DNA of 64,000 nt from Callorhinchus milii. Taxonomy: Eukaryota. Of this stretch, positions 11,206 through 22,519 are shown piece by piece (positions within the stretch are counted from its first letter, which is position 1; every line of letters starts with the position of its first letter). The DNA lies in assembly GCF_018977255.1 (NCBI RefSeq), contig NW_024704742.1, positions 58,220,001-58,284,000 of the forward strand, written 5' to 3'. Below the pieces are notes generated by a model. It ran no database searches. It saw nothing but the letters and a program-made list of their open reading frames with translations, and was not told the origin of the DNA. The translations under genes were made by a program, and so were the position numbers.

Positions 11206-12486
11206 TAAGTTCCTTGTTGTGTAATATTCAACTGTATATAGCCTTGTTCATATGTTCTGTTATTGCACAGCTTGCTTGGATGCTGCCAAATATGTCATTA
11301 AGTGATTAAAAGTTTACCCGGTGTCAAATATCCTGCAGGACAATAGTCCGAGCATGTCTTGTTTCAGGGCCTGAAGAGTTTGCTTAGAGTTTCCATGGAA
11401 TTCATTTATAACCAGGATTTCAATACACTAAACAAAATCAAAATTCAATAGACACCAGAAGAAAAAATGAAATATTAGAATGAAAGCACGAGGAAGGATG
11501 TTAAAGGAGCTTTATTTTCGTACAACTGGCATCAAACTGACAGCAGAATCAGAAAAGTCAATTTTGTATCAAAAAGGAATGCAATTGAAAGATTAGCAGA
11601 TGAGAAGCTACTAATACCTTACCAGCTTGAGGGAATAGGCCGAGCAGGCAAACTAATGGATTCCCATTAGTTCTGTCATTCTTACTTAACTAAAGGGAGG
11701 CAAATTCAAATACATCAAGATAAATACAACATAATTCCTTTTTGGATGATGGGGGGGGGGGGGGGGGAAGAGGTAAATGTTTGTGTTCAAAGTGAAGAAT
11801 GCCAGTGACGGGTTATGGAATGCCCTTCCATTTTAAGAAGCATCAAGCACTCAGCCATGGGGCAACCAGATTCAAATTAAAGCTCCCTCTTATTCAACAA
11901 TGCGCCTTATAATAAATCTCTGAAACACACCTTCACTGAAAAATTGTGATTTGATTCCTCCTACATATTCTATCCTATCCTTATGTCCTGAATGTGAATG
12001 CCAACTTTGAACAATTTTCTCACAGGTTGTGAGGTCACACACCAAAGATTACAGGTTTAAGTTGCATAACCTTATTTCAATTAGGAAAGAAAAAAACATT
12101 CTGTATATCAATTGTTTGAAAATATAAGTTAACACATACAGCCCCTTCAAGATAATGTTGTAATTCAAATGACTACCAGGAAATTTTTGGTACCGTATTT
12201 GAACGAGTACTTTTTTCAGAAAAGACCAGACGTTAATTTTCATATTAAACTTGGGCCAGGTATCCAAAAAAAGTTTTAACTTTTTTTAAAAAAACAGTAC
12301 TTTTAGAAACTACAGGAAGTTATTTCTATCTCACCTTTGAGACAAACTTGTAACCAATAGCTGTAAAATACTTCTTAAACTCATAATAACTCCACAATTA
12401 TCAATTTCCTGTATTCTTACAAGTGCATTTTTTTTAAATGTTCTATTTTCTTGATCAGAAAAAAAAACATTTACAAGGTTGTTTTT

Positions 12487-13913
12487 TTACCTTGCACAGG
12501 ACTCTAAGGGATTTATTAATGCAGGAGCAAGATTTAGCCGATGCAAGTCTTCACATAAAAGTACTAAGTCTTCAATTTCATTTCCTTTAAATCTTCTTTT
12601 ACATATCTTTACTGTAACTTTGTGTTTCAAGAACAATTTAATAGCTTCCTTAGCAGCCATTTCTGTGGCGCTCACTTTGCATTTTCCGTAGCCTGTAGCC
12701 AAATAAACAGATTTACATCTTAGTTCGCAAACAATTCCTTCACGGGCAGAGCTTTGTGGCAGGTGCAGTTCAGATATGTCTTTCAAAGGAACGTACACAG
12801 AATCCAAGGTACTCTTCGCCGCCTCAATGCAGTTGTTCAACATCTCAAAGTGTTTAATGTCATTACTGAAACCACCAGCTGAGACAAGTTTCCACGCTAT
12901 AGCCTTGTAGAGTTTATTGTAGAATGTTTGTTTTTCTTTCATAACTTCAGGAGTTAGATTAACAGTTGTTAAGGAAGTCTTGCAGCTTTGTGAGGTGGGA
13001 GTCTGGACAGCTCTCTGTGGGATAGAAGCCTGAGCAGATCTTTGTGGGATTAAAGCCTGAAGATCTCTTAGCGGGACGGAGGCCTGAACAGCTTTTTTGG
13101 GGATGGAAGTCTGAACTAGTTTTTGCAAGAGAGGAGTCTGAACAGGTTTTTGTGGAATAGTGGGAACAGATTTTTGTGGGATAATAGTGGGAACAGGTTT
13201 TTGTGGGATAATAATGGGAACAGGTTTTTGTGGGATAATAGTGGGAACAGGTTTTTGTGGGATAACAATGGGAACAGGTTTTTGTGAGATAGGAGTCTGT
13301 ACAGATTTTTGTGGAATGGAAGTCAGAACAGGTTTTTGTGGGGCAGGAGTCTGAACAGGTTTTTGTGGGGCAGGAATCTGAACAGGTTTTTGCGAGATAA
13401 TAGTGGGAACCATTTTTTGTGAGATAGGAAGAGTCTGTACAGATTTTTGTGGGATGGAAATCGGAACAAGTTTTTGTGGGGCAGGAGTCAGAACAGCTTT
13501 CTGGGAACTCTCCACAGATCTGCTGCCATTTTGAATATTTGGTTGAACTTTGGACTTGACTTCTCCAGATGGACCAGGCATGGTCTGTGCTGAAGCCCCA
13601 GGCTGACTTGGCACTGCCTGCTGATGACAGACGGGATCTGACTCTTGAGTGACAATTAGTTTTCCTTCACTTTCTCTTGAGGCATCTGTTTGGTTTGAGT
13701 TGTTAGTTGGTGCTGAAGCGATCTGGTCATCCTCTTGGGGCTTTGACAAAGCTTCTGATGATCCACTAGGGGAAAAACCATCCAGACCTGGGATTCTGTT
13801 CAGACAAACATCATGGTCACTATTTCCGGCGCCTTCAGAGGTCAAAGCAAATCCTCCAGGTGCATCTTCTTTGACTAGTTGTTTCTTTGGGCAAGGTTGT
13901 TCTCCTATTCCTT
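12487..13913 (-). CDS. CDKN2AIP: CDKN2A-interacting protein (CARF), last exon: low-complexity region and C-terminal dsRBD-like domain
   Basis: Acceptor CAG ending at 13914. Reads EGIGEQPCPKK...KQTFYNKLYKAIAWKLVSAGGFS...CELRCKSVYLATGYGK...EIEDLVLL...LAPAL, typical of the CARF C-terminus. Stop TAA at 12489-12487. Confidence 0.93.
13000..13505 (-). repeat. Coding 27-bp (9-aa) tandem repeat, ~19 copies, consensus ~PQKPVPTII/PQKPVQTPA
   Basis: Repeated ggaacaggtttttgtgggataatagtg units, in frame within the CDKN2AIP last exon. Confidence 0.9.
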
Positions 13914-13975
13914 CTGTTGAAATAAACAATCATGTATGGAATCTACATTATAGAATACATTTCAGTTTGAAGCTA

Positions 13976-14307
13976 TAATAATAATAATATAATAATAATC
14001 CTTGCATTTGATATAGCGCTTTTCACATCGGGAGGACGTCCCAATGCGCTTCACAGAATATACTGTAAAGTGAATTGACTGTATATTTGTGGGCGAACGC
14101 GGCAGCCAATTGCGCTCAGCAATGTCCCACAAACAGTCGTGGATTGAAAATGACCAATTTATTATTGTTTTTGGTTTTGGAGGGATTATTATTAGGCTCT
14201 GTGTGGAGTAAGGAAACTTGCCCAAGGTTTCGCCCTCTGCCTGGAATTGAACTCAGGTCTCTCACTTGCAAAGCGAGTGCTCTAACCACTGAGCTACAGG
14301 ACTCTAC
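13976..14307 (-). mobile_element. tRNA-Deu SINE, full length, young
   Basis: Near-identical to copies at 18039, 20508 and 56386. Short agctat direct repeat on both flanks. Confidence 0.9.
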
Positions 14308-15083
14308 TTAGCTATTCACTGTTTAACAGGATTCACATTTTTGCATCTGAAACATTTCAAAGCACTAGTGACACGATATGAGGATATTGAGTGTCAGATG
14401 AGCACTGCATTTATAACAACAATAATCCTTACATTTGGTATAGCGCCTTTCACATCGGGAGGATTTCCCAAAAGCATTACACAGAATATACTGTAAAATG
14501 CAGGGACTTATTTTGTGGGTGACGTGGAGGCCAATTTGTACACATTAATCACTGACAAGCAGCCATGAAGTGAATGAGCAATTTGATTTGATTCAGAATT
14601 ATAATTTTTCTTATAATAATTTCATAATTTTAGTTCTCCTCAAAATACTAAAAAGTTACACACGGTATGGTTAAGACAGCTATCATTGGTTTTACAATAT
14701 TTTTATCATTCATTAATCTGTGCTAAATTTACAAACTGTAACTCATTCAAAACCTGGCAACCAAGTATAGTCTTGAGCTGCCCTGGCTGTTCACTTTGCT
14801 CAGATAACACTGGCATGTTTCATGTCTCCCACACAATCTGCCCCACAATAATAGACAGGTTTTCAGCCATTCTACCTCAGGCTACTGGAACTGCTTCCTT
14901 CCGTCCCACCTTTAAAGCCCACCTCAAGATCTATCTTTTCAACCTTGCTTTCGGTCACCTTTCCTTCCTCCTCACCTTCCTTAGCCCCGACCTACACACA
15001 AACAACTCAACAGTGAAACGTTTTGAGATGTACTCCTGACATGAAAGGATGTGCAATATTGTTTTATATAGCTAATCGCTAAC

Positions 15084-15158
15084 CTTTGCTGTCGGAAAGC
15101 TCCCTTTTCTTCACCTTATTGGCAACCTGCTCATCTTTTGTTGTAGCAACTGGAATAT
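15084..15158 (-). CDS. CDKN2AIP: CDKN2AIP extra 75-bp exon (duplicate of exon 2 3' half)
   Basis: CAG acceptor and G|GTTAG donor, phase 1-1, open frame DIPVATTKDEQVANKVKKRELSDSK. Confidence 0.75.
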
Positions 15159-15347
15159 CTGTAACAAATATTTAGAAACTATAACAACAAGAAATCAATT
15201 ATAACTGTCAGAATTCAACCACAAAAATAGTTAGCAACTATATATTTGATAGATGCTGTTCTACCACAAGTGAATAAAATGTAATTAATAATCTGAAATA
15301 GCTAAGAAAGATTGGAATAACCTTTAAAGTATAGTTAATCTGCTAAC

Positions 15348-15481
15348 CTTTGCTGGTTGAAACCTCTGTTTTCTTCACTTTATTGCCAACCAATTCACTT
15401 CTCAATGTGTGGCTAGGAGCATCTTTAATTTTTATGTCCTCTCCCATTTCCAGCACTTTATCCATCACCTCCTTTGTGTAC
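15348..15481 (-). CDS. CDKN2AIP: CDKN2AIP exon 2 (XTBD C-terminal part)
   Basis: TAG acceptor, YTKEVMDKVLEMGEDIKIKDAPSHTLRSELVGNKVKKTEVSTSK, G|GTTAG donor. Continues the XRN2-binding domain. Confidence 0.93.
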
Positions 15482-16295
15482 CTAAGTTACAAACAACAAA
15501 CAGTGTCAACTGGTTATCGGGTATACAACAAACTCTACAGTGTAGACTGTAACAAGTAGCTGATTGAATCAGGCTGGAATAAAAAGATATAGCCATTGTA
15601 AATCATCTGATTCAGTTCTACACATTCTTGACCCCTCTTCTTTGAAAAGTACATCTGGTTACAGCCTGATTCAATTGGTGGCATTCTCACTTATGAGCTG
15701 GGCCAATAAACCCTAAGATATTTTTAAAATCTTGATGATGACACTGCCAACTAGATAGAGTTTAGAATTGTGATCTATTGTTTATTGTATAGTTTTGTAT
15801 ACTTCCACTGTGTATATTAGATTTCTGAATAAGTAAATGGGTTTCAGTAAAGTTCACGACTCTACATCTGGATGTAAAAGATGCAAGTATCATTTTTTTT
15901 GCAATCTTGGAAAAAGGTTATGTCCTTGCACATTTGTGTTGAATTCACCTGTAACTATTGCACTGTTTAAAATGCTAAAATTACGTTGATACTCTACATG
16001 AAAGGTGATTTACAAGTGGAAGTTGTTGTTACATGGACTTGTCAAAAGTAAGATTACAGCCATCTTTGGTGAAATCAGGATTCCACATCCTGCAAATCAG
16101 TGTTATGAAGACTCCCTGGTCAATCATGAGCCATGGTAATAAAATAATCGTGCGCCCGTTTTGGTGGAATCAATTGGTTTTCGCCGCCAGAACAGCTTAG
16201 AACCTTCAGCAACTAATTCTTCCCTTTACTCCAATTTAGCAGCCCGTCCTGCCCGCAGCTGTGTCACCGTTTCAGTTAGTACAGGGCCATTAGTA

Positions 16296-16536
16296 TAATA
16301 ATAATAATCCTTGCATTTGATATAGCGCTTTTCACGTCTTCTTGACGTCCCAAAGCGCTTCGCGGAATATACTGTAAAGTGAATTGACTGTATATTTGTG
16401 GGCGAACGCGGCAGCCAATTGCGCACAGCAATGTCCCACAAACAGTCGTGGATTGAAAATGACCAATTTATTATTGTTTTGTTTTTTTGGAGGGATTATT
16501 ATTAGGCGTGTGGAGTAAAGAAACTTGCCCAAGGTT
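16296..16536 (-). mobile_element. tRNA-Deu SINE, 5'-truncated, inserted in the ERV between RNase H and the integrase start
   Basis: Matches the 3' ~240 bp of the young SINE family. Confidence 0.85.
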
Positions 16537-17109
16537 TTGTACTACAGTTAATAGTTCCTGTAACTAACACCTTTGTTACTGGCATCTGTTCATTTCAAAA
16601 ACAAGCCGAGCGTGCCAGCATATCTGCCAGCTCGTTGCCATTTGTATGTAACCCATATTTATGATGCTCTGAAGTGTGCCAAATGTGCATCACAGGTGTT
16701 TCCATTTTTTCGCCCCAAATATCTTTGTATTCTAAGGGTTTTCCCTTATGGTTTGTCCAATTTTCAGTAGCTCAATTAACCAGGTCATCTAAATATGCTT
16801 TGCAAACAAAACAGAGTCGGAAAAATAATCACTGCTTTTGTACCCAATGGGAGAAGCTTTAAAGCCTCCAGCAGGGAAATGGCTTCAGCTACATGTGCCA
16901 ACAAACTTCTGCATGGAATCGCATATTTTCCCAATTCTTCCCACCCGCTGCAGTCCACTTACCCATGGCATTGCCTATCCCTGCCTGTCTCTTTTGGTCT
17001 ATTTCTTGGGCAGACCCGTCATAGTAAATAAGTCAATCCCTCAACCAGTTCCCAATGCTCAATCTCCACTGGGGGTTTAATCTCCGGTAACAAACACTCC
17101 AGTTTAATG

Positions 17110-17560
17110 GAGAGTTTGCCACTTTTAACTCTTCCTCCTACTCGCACTCTGACCTCTCCATCCATGGTCTCCTACGCTGTTCTGATGAGCCACAGGACAA
17201 GCTCAAGGAACAGTACCTCATCTATCTGCTGGGGACCTTACAGTCCTCTGGCTTCAATATTGATTTCAACAATTTCAGACCGTAACAGCTCACCTTCCCC
17301 CTCCCCCTCTTCTGTGACCATTACCACATCATCTGGGTCCCAGACACACCTTTTCTCTCTCCTATTTTGTTGCAATTTTCTCCCCCTTTGTTTTGCATTA
17401 ACAACACCTCTTTTCCCCTGTTTTATTGCATTCCTTCCTTTGTTTTGCATCATTACCATCTTTGTAACCCATCATCCCCTGTCCTCTAGCCCATTTTCCA
17501 ACTTTATTTTCACCATAGATGCTGCCTACCTGCTGAGTGATCTGAGTGACTTCTGTTTTT
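17110..17560 (+). mobile_element. Penelope-like element 3' fragment (GIY-YIG C-terminus and tail)
   Basis: Frame FNSSSYSHSDLSIHGLLRCSDEPQDKLKEQYLIYLLGTLQSSGFNIDFNNFRP*. Tail agatgctgcctacctgctgagt. Flanked by the 14-bp direct repeat ACTCCAGTTTAATG (17096-17109, 17561-17574). Confidence 0.8.
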
Positions 17561-18038
17561 ACTCCAGTTTAATGTCAGGTTCCTCTTTAGTTTTAAATTC
17601 CACTGTGGGTTCTTGCAAGAGACTCTCCCACAGTGCCTACCGCTGTTTCAGTGCTTTTTTTGTCTTACTCTTATACGAGCTGTAGAACGAATCCCCACAC
17701 ATCGAGTAAAAATAATAGTTTTCTCGCAAGGCTGTGCTGGGTTTCTGACTTTAGCTACACGGTAGTAGACGCTGCTAATGTTCTTCCAGGTCAAATGTTT
17801 TCGCTGCTTAGGAGAACTCGAATAGTTTTTTTTATCCTGTCCGATTTTTCCAATGGCGTTTTTTTCCCCATTTGAAAAATTTCTATCAAATCCGTACCTC
17901 TTACTCTAACGGCTAAAGGGCACCCTTGCAAAACTGCCTTTTGCAATTCCCCAATTTCCACGGGAAACTGGGCAGAAATTTTTACACTCTCAACACCTCA
18001 CAATTATGTTAGCCTCTGGTAAAGAGGTCACACCATGA

Positions 18039-18365
18039 TAATAATAATAATAATAATCCTTGCATTTGATATAGCGTTTTTCACGTCGGGAGGACGTCCC
18101 AAAGCGCTTCACAGAACACACTGTAAAGTGAATTGACTGTATATTTGTGGGCGAACGCGGCAGCCAATTGCGCACAGCAATGTCCCACAAACAGTCGTAG
18201 ATTGAAAATGACCAATTTATTATTGTTTTTGGTTTTGGAGGGATTATTATTAGGCTCTGTGTGGAGTAAGGAAACTTGCCCAAGGTTTCGCCCTCTGCCT
18301 GGAATTGAACTCAGGTCTTTCACTTGCAAAGCGAGTGCTCGAACCACTGAGCTACAGGACTCCAC
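18039..18365 (-). mobile_element. tRNA-Deu SINE, full length, inserted in ERV RT/thumb region
   Basis: Complete head, core and tail. Near-identical to the other young copies. Confidence 0.9.
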
Positions 18366-18642
18366 AATGATGGTGTAATTAAGAACATAGTCGTCACGAG
18401 TTTAATTGCACAATCCTTAAATCCCTTGGAGTTGGCTCCGATTTTTGAGTGTTTTTAATTTTCTAATTTTCTCCAGATATCCCTCGAAGAGTCCCACTCT
18501 GTCATCTGACACAATATGCCCCAGGAATTCTACTTAGAATCTTCCTTTTTGGCTTTTACGTAAATTTATTTTAAAGCCTGCAGTGGTCAGCGGCTGCAGC
18601 ACTTGTTTTAATTTGTCCATATGCGCGATAGGGTCGTCATCT

Positions 18643-21600
18643 TTTAAAAAAAACTTAACATTTTTTTTAAAAAATCCCTAAAATCCAGAATGAGAGAGAG
18701 AGGAGGATGGCATGGCAGGTGATGTGCGAGGACTGCGGTATGTGGGAGCTGATGGAGGGCAGCCTGAGCCCGGGCGACTTCATCTACAGCAAGTGTCTGC
18801 AACTGAGGAAGCTCCGCTGAGCAGAGTAGCTGAGCTGGAATCTGAGGTGCAGACATTGCGCAGTATTAGGGAAAGGGGGAGCTTCCTCGACAGTTTCATC
18901 CTGGAGCCAGTCACTCCCCTGAGGCTCAGGGAACGTATAGATTACGTTACTAGTCAGGGACAGGACAGAGTAACTGATAATCAGGCAGGTAAGGGGACCC
19001 CAGAGAGAGTAGCGGGGAAGCCCCAAATAGAAACAAACGGGTATGATCTAGTACCCATTACTGAGACGTGGTTACAGGGAGATCAAGGGTGGGAGCTAAA
19101 TATTCCGGAGTATTCGGCATATACGAAAGATAGGCAATGTGTAAAACGAGGTGGGGGGGGGGGGGGGGGGTAGCCCCGCTAATAAAGGATGGGATAAAAA
19201 CGGTAGAGAGGAAGGATTTTAAATCAGAAAATCAGGATGTGTATGACTACATACACGTATGGAATTACGAAATATCAAGGGGTAGAAATAACAAGGGAGT
19301 AGTTTATAAACCCCCGAACAACAGTCACAGTATTGCGCAGAGTATTAACTAGGAAATTATTGGAGCATGTAGAAAAGGAAATACACTAATAGTGGGTGAT
19401 TTTAATCTTCATATAGATTGGGAAAACCAAATTGGCAAACGTTACAGGAGGAGCTTATAGAATGCATTAGAGATAGTTTTCTCTATCAATATGATGAGGA
19501 ACCAACCAGGGAACAGGCGATCCTAGATCTTGTTTTGTGTAATGAAATAGGGCTAATGAGCAATCTGGAAGTCAAGGCTCCTCTGGGGCAGAGTGACCAT
19601 AACATGATGGAATTTAACATTAAGTTAGAGAGTGATGTAGTTAAGTCTGAAGCAAAGGTCTTAAATTTAAATAGAGTCAACTTTGCAGGTATGAGAGAAG
19701 ATTTAGCTAAAATACACTGGGGAATTAGATTAAAGGATATGACAGTAGACCAGTAATGGCAAACCTTTAGAGATATAGTACATAATTCCCAGTGATCACA
19801 TATTCCCTTGTGGAATAAAAATATCACGGGAAAAATGGTTCAACCATGGCTAACTAGAGCAGTTAGGGAAGGTATAAAATTAAAAGAGACCTTTAGTACT
19901 GCGAAAAATAGCAGTAAACCCGAGGATTGGGAGGGCTTCAGAGACCAACAAAGAAAAACTAAGAAAATGATTAGGAGGGAGAAAATGGATTATGAGGGCA
20001 AACTAGCGAGGAACATAAAGACAGACTGCAAGAATTTTTACAAATACATAAAGAGGAAGAGACTAGCAAAAGTGAATGTGAGTCCATTACAGGCAGAGAC
20101 AGGAGGAATTATAATGGGGGACAAAGATATGGCATTAAACAAATACTTTGCTTCTGTCTTCACATTAGAAGACACGGAAAACTTACCAAAAATAGAGAGA
20201 AACCAAGAAGCTAATGTTAGTGAGCAACTTCGGGAAATTAACATCAGTAAAGAATTAGTACGAGGGAAACTGTTGGGATTGAAAAATGACAAATCCCCTG
20301 GACCTGATGGCCTACATCATAGGGTTTTAAATGGCTGCTGAGATAGTGGATACCTCATTTTTGATCTTCCAAAATTCTCTGGATTCTGGAACGGTTCCCA
20401 TTGAGTGGAAGATCGCAAACATAACACCACTATTTAAGAAGGGTGGGAGAGAGAAGATGGGGAACTGTAGACCAGTCAGTCTGACATCGGTGGTAGGGAA
20501 AATTCTATAATAATAATCCTTGCATTTGATAAGCACTTTTCACGTTGGGAGGACGTCCCAAAGCGCTTCACAGAACACACTGTAAAGTGAATTGACTGTA
20601 TATTTGTGGGCGAACGCGGCAGCCAATTGCGCACAGCAATGTCCCACAAACAGTCGTAGATTCAAAATGACCAATTTATTATTGGTTTTGGAGGGATTAT
20701 TATTAGGCTCTGTGTGGAGTAAGGAAACTTGCCCAAGGTTTCGCCCTCTGCCTGGAATTGAACTCAGGTCTCTCACTTGCAAAGCGAGTGCTCTAACCAC
20801 TGAGCTACAGGTCTCCACAAAGGATCCTTAATTAGGGACGTTGTGGGGTACTTAGAGGACCATAACACGATTAAGCAGAGCCAACATGGCTTTACAAAAG
20901 GGAAGTCATGCTTAACAAATCTTTCAGAGTTTTTTTGAGGATGTAACTAATAGGTTAGATTGGGGGGAACCAGTAGATGTAGTATATTAAGATTTTCAGA
21001 AGGCGTTAGACAAGGTGCCACATATAAGGTGCTATACAAGATTAGGGCCCATGGAATTAAAGGCAATATATTAGCATGGATCGAAGAGTGGCTAACGGGA
21101 AGAAAACAGAGAGTAGGGATAAACGGGTCCTCAGATTGGCGGGATGTGACTAGTGGAGTGCCACAAGGATCAGTGCTTGGGCCTCAACTATTCACAATCT
21201 ATATCAATGATCTGGACGAGGACATAGAACTTAAAATATCTAAATTCACGGATGATACTAAGCTAGGTGGGAGAGTAAGCTCTGAGGATGACACAAAAAG
21301 ATTGCAAAGAGATATAGATAGGCTAGGTGAGTAGACAGGAAGGTGGCAGATGGAATATAATGTGGGGAATTGTGAAGTTATTCACCTAGGTAGTAAAAGC
21401 AGAAAAGCAGATTATTTTCTAGAAGGGGAAAGACTAGTTAGTGTTAGTGTTCAGAGGGATTTGGGTGTCCTTGTACACCAGTCACAAAAAGTTAATATGC
21501 AGGTACAGCAAGCAACTAGGAAGGCTAATGGCATGTTGGCGTTTATTGCAAAAGGGTTAGAATACAAGAGCTGGGAATTCTTGCTGCGACTGTATAGGGC

Positions 21601-22154
21601 CTTGGTGAGACCGGGCCTAGAATATTGTGTGCAGTTTTGGTCTCCTTATTTAAGAACATACTCGCCTTAGAGGGGGTGCAGTGTAGATTCACTAGATTAG
21701 TTCCTGGGATGAGGGGGTTGACCTATGAGGATAGGTTGAGTAAACTGGCCTATATTCTCTAGAATATAGAAGAATTAGGGTTGATCTTATAGTAACATAT
21801 AAGATTCTTATGGGGCTTGACAGAGTAGACAATGTGAGACTGTTTCCCTGGTAGGAGAATCTAGAACTAGGGGTCACAGTCTTAAGATTAAGGGACAGCC
21901 CTTTCCAAGAGTTGAGGAAACACTTCTTCACTCAGAGGGTAGTGAATTTATGGAATTCTCTACCCCAGAAGGCTGTAGATGCTCAGTTCTTGAATATATT
22001 CAAGACTGAGATTGATAGGTTTCTAAAGGATAGAGGGATTAAGGGATATGGGGATAAGGCGGCAGATGGAGTTAGGTTAGAAGATCAGCCATGATCTTAT
22101 TGAATGGCGGGGCAGGCTCGAGGGTCCGAATCGCCTCCTAATTCCTCTGTTCCT
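18643..22154 (+). mobile_element. CR1 LINE, internally deleted and frameshifted (ORF1 zinc-finger remnant, APE endonuclease, RT, 3' UTR)
   Basis: ORF1 CEDCGMWE...SKC and RVAELESE. Endonuclease [54 protein letters not shown]1 tail gatcagccatgatcttattgaatggcgg. ATCT duplicated at 18639-18642 and 22155-22158. Confidence 0.93.
20508..20818 (-). mobile_element. tRNA-Deu SINE inserted into CR1 ORF2
   Basis: Full SINE interrupting the CR1 RT frame after VVGKIL. Confidence 0.9.
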
Positions 22155-22519
22155 ATCTGCCAAGAATATATCCCCAACGTAACAATTTATCCCTGGTATC
22201 CCTATTACCGTTTACAAAACAGAAAATAGGTGTGACCGAACACCCGACATCTGGACTTTCACTCGCTCTGCTTTCCCTCACCTCAGAAACAGTGCCCACC
22301 TTTACCACTACTTTTCTCTTGTGATGCTTAGCTGAGATGATGAATTGCTCATCGCCTCAGTATTTGATTACTCCAAACCCTTGCTTACCAACCTCCCCCG
22401 CTGCAGACCATCCAGAACACTGCAGCCTCTGTCTCAGACCAGTTTCTGAATGCGCTTGGCTCCACTGGCTCTCCATCTCCCAACAGACCAAATGAAACAT
22501 CCAAGAACAAATTATTCAA

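Larger units (their letters stand above)
16105..22240 (-). mobile_element. Degraded endogenous foamy-like retrovirus pol fragment in five segments (22155-22240, 18366-18642, 17575-18038, 16537-17109, 16105-16295)
   Basis: Manual translation. RT: IPGINCYVGDIFLA-DDDPIAHMDKLKQVLQPLTTAGFKINLRKSQKGRF*VEFLGH...QLQGI*GLCN. Connection: KALKQR*ALWESLLQEPTVEF. RNase H: YYDGSA..AGIG..AHVAE..SDS..NHKGKPLEYKDIW..HTNGNELADMLA. Integrase start: LIPP...AH. Many stops and frameshifts. Confidence 0.8.

Noticed and set aside
10400..12490. Possible spliced 3' exons of CDKN2AIP (stop codon overlaps AG|GTAAAA; donor-like sites near 11620, 10690, 10500, 10403)
   Set aside because: Homology ends at the stop, such motifs occur by chance in AT-rich DNA, and there is no transcript evidence.
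13962..14311. Recurrent 65-97 aa ORFs (MGKFPYSTQ..., MTVYLWANA...)
   Set aside because: Chance frames within repeated SINE copies.
17107..17685. 192-aa hydrophobic ORF resembling a membrane or env protein
   Set aside because: It is an off-frame reading of the Penelope fragment's pyrimidine-rich tail, on the strand opposite the ERV.
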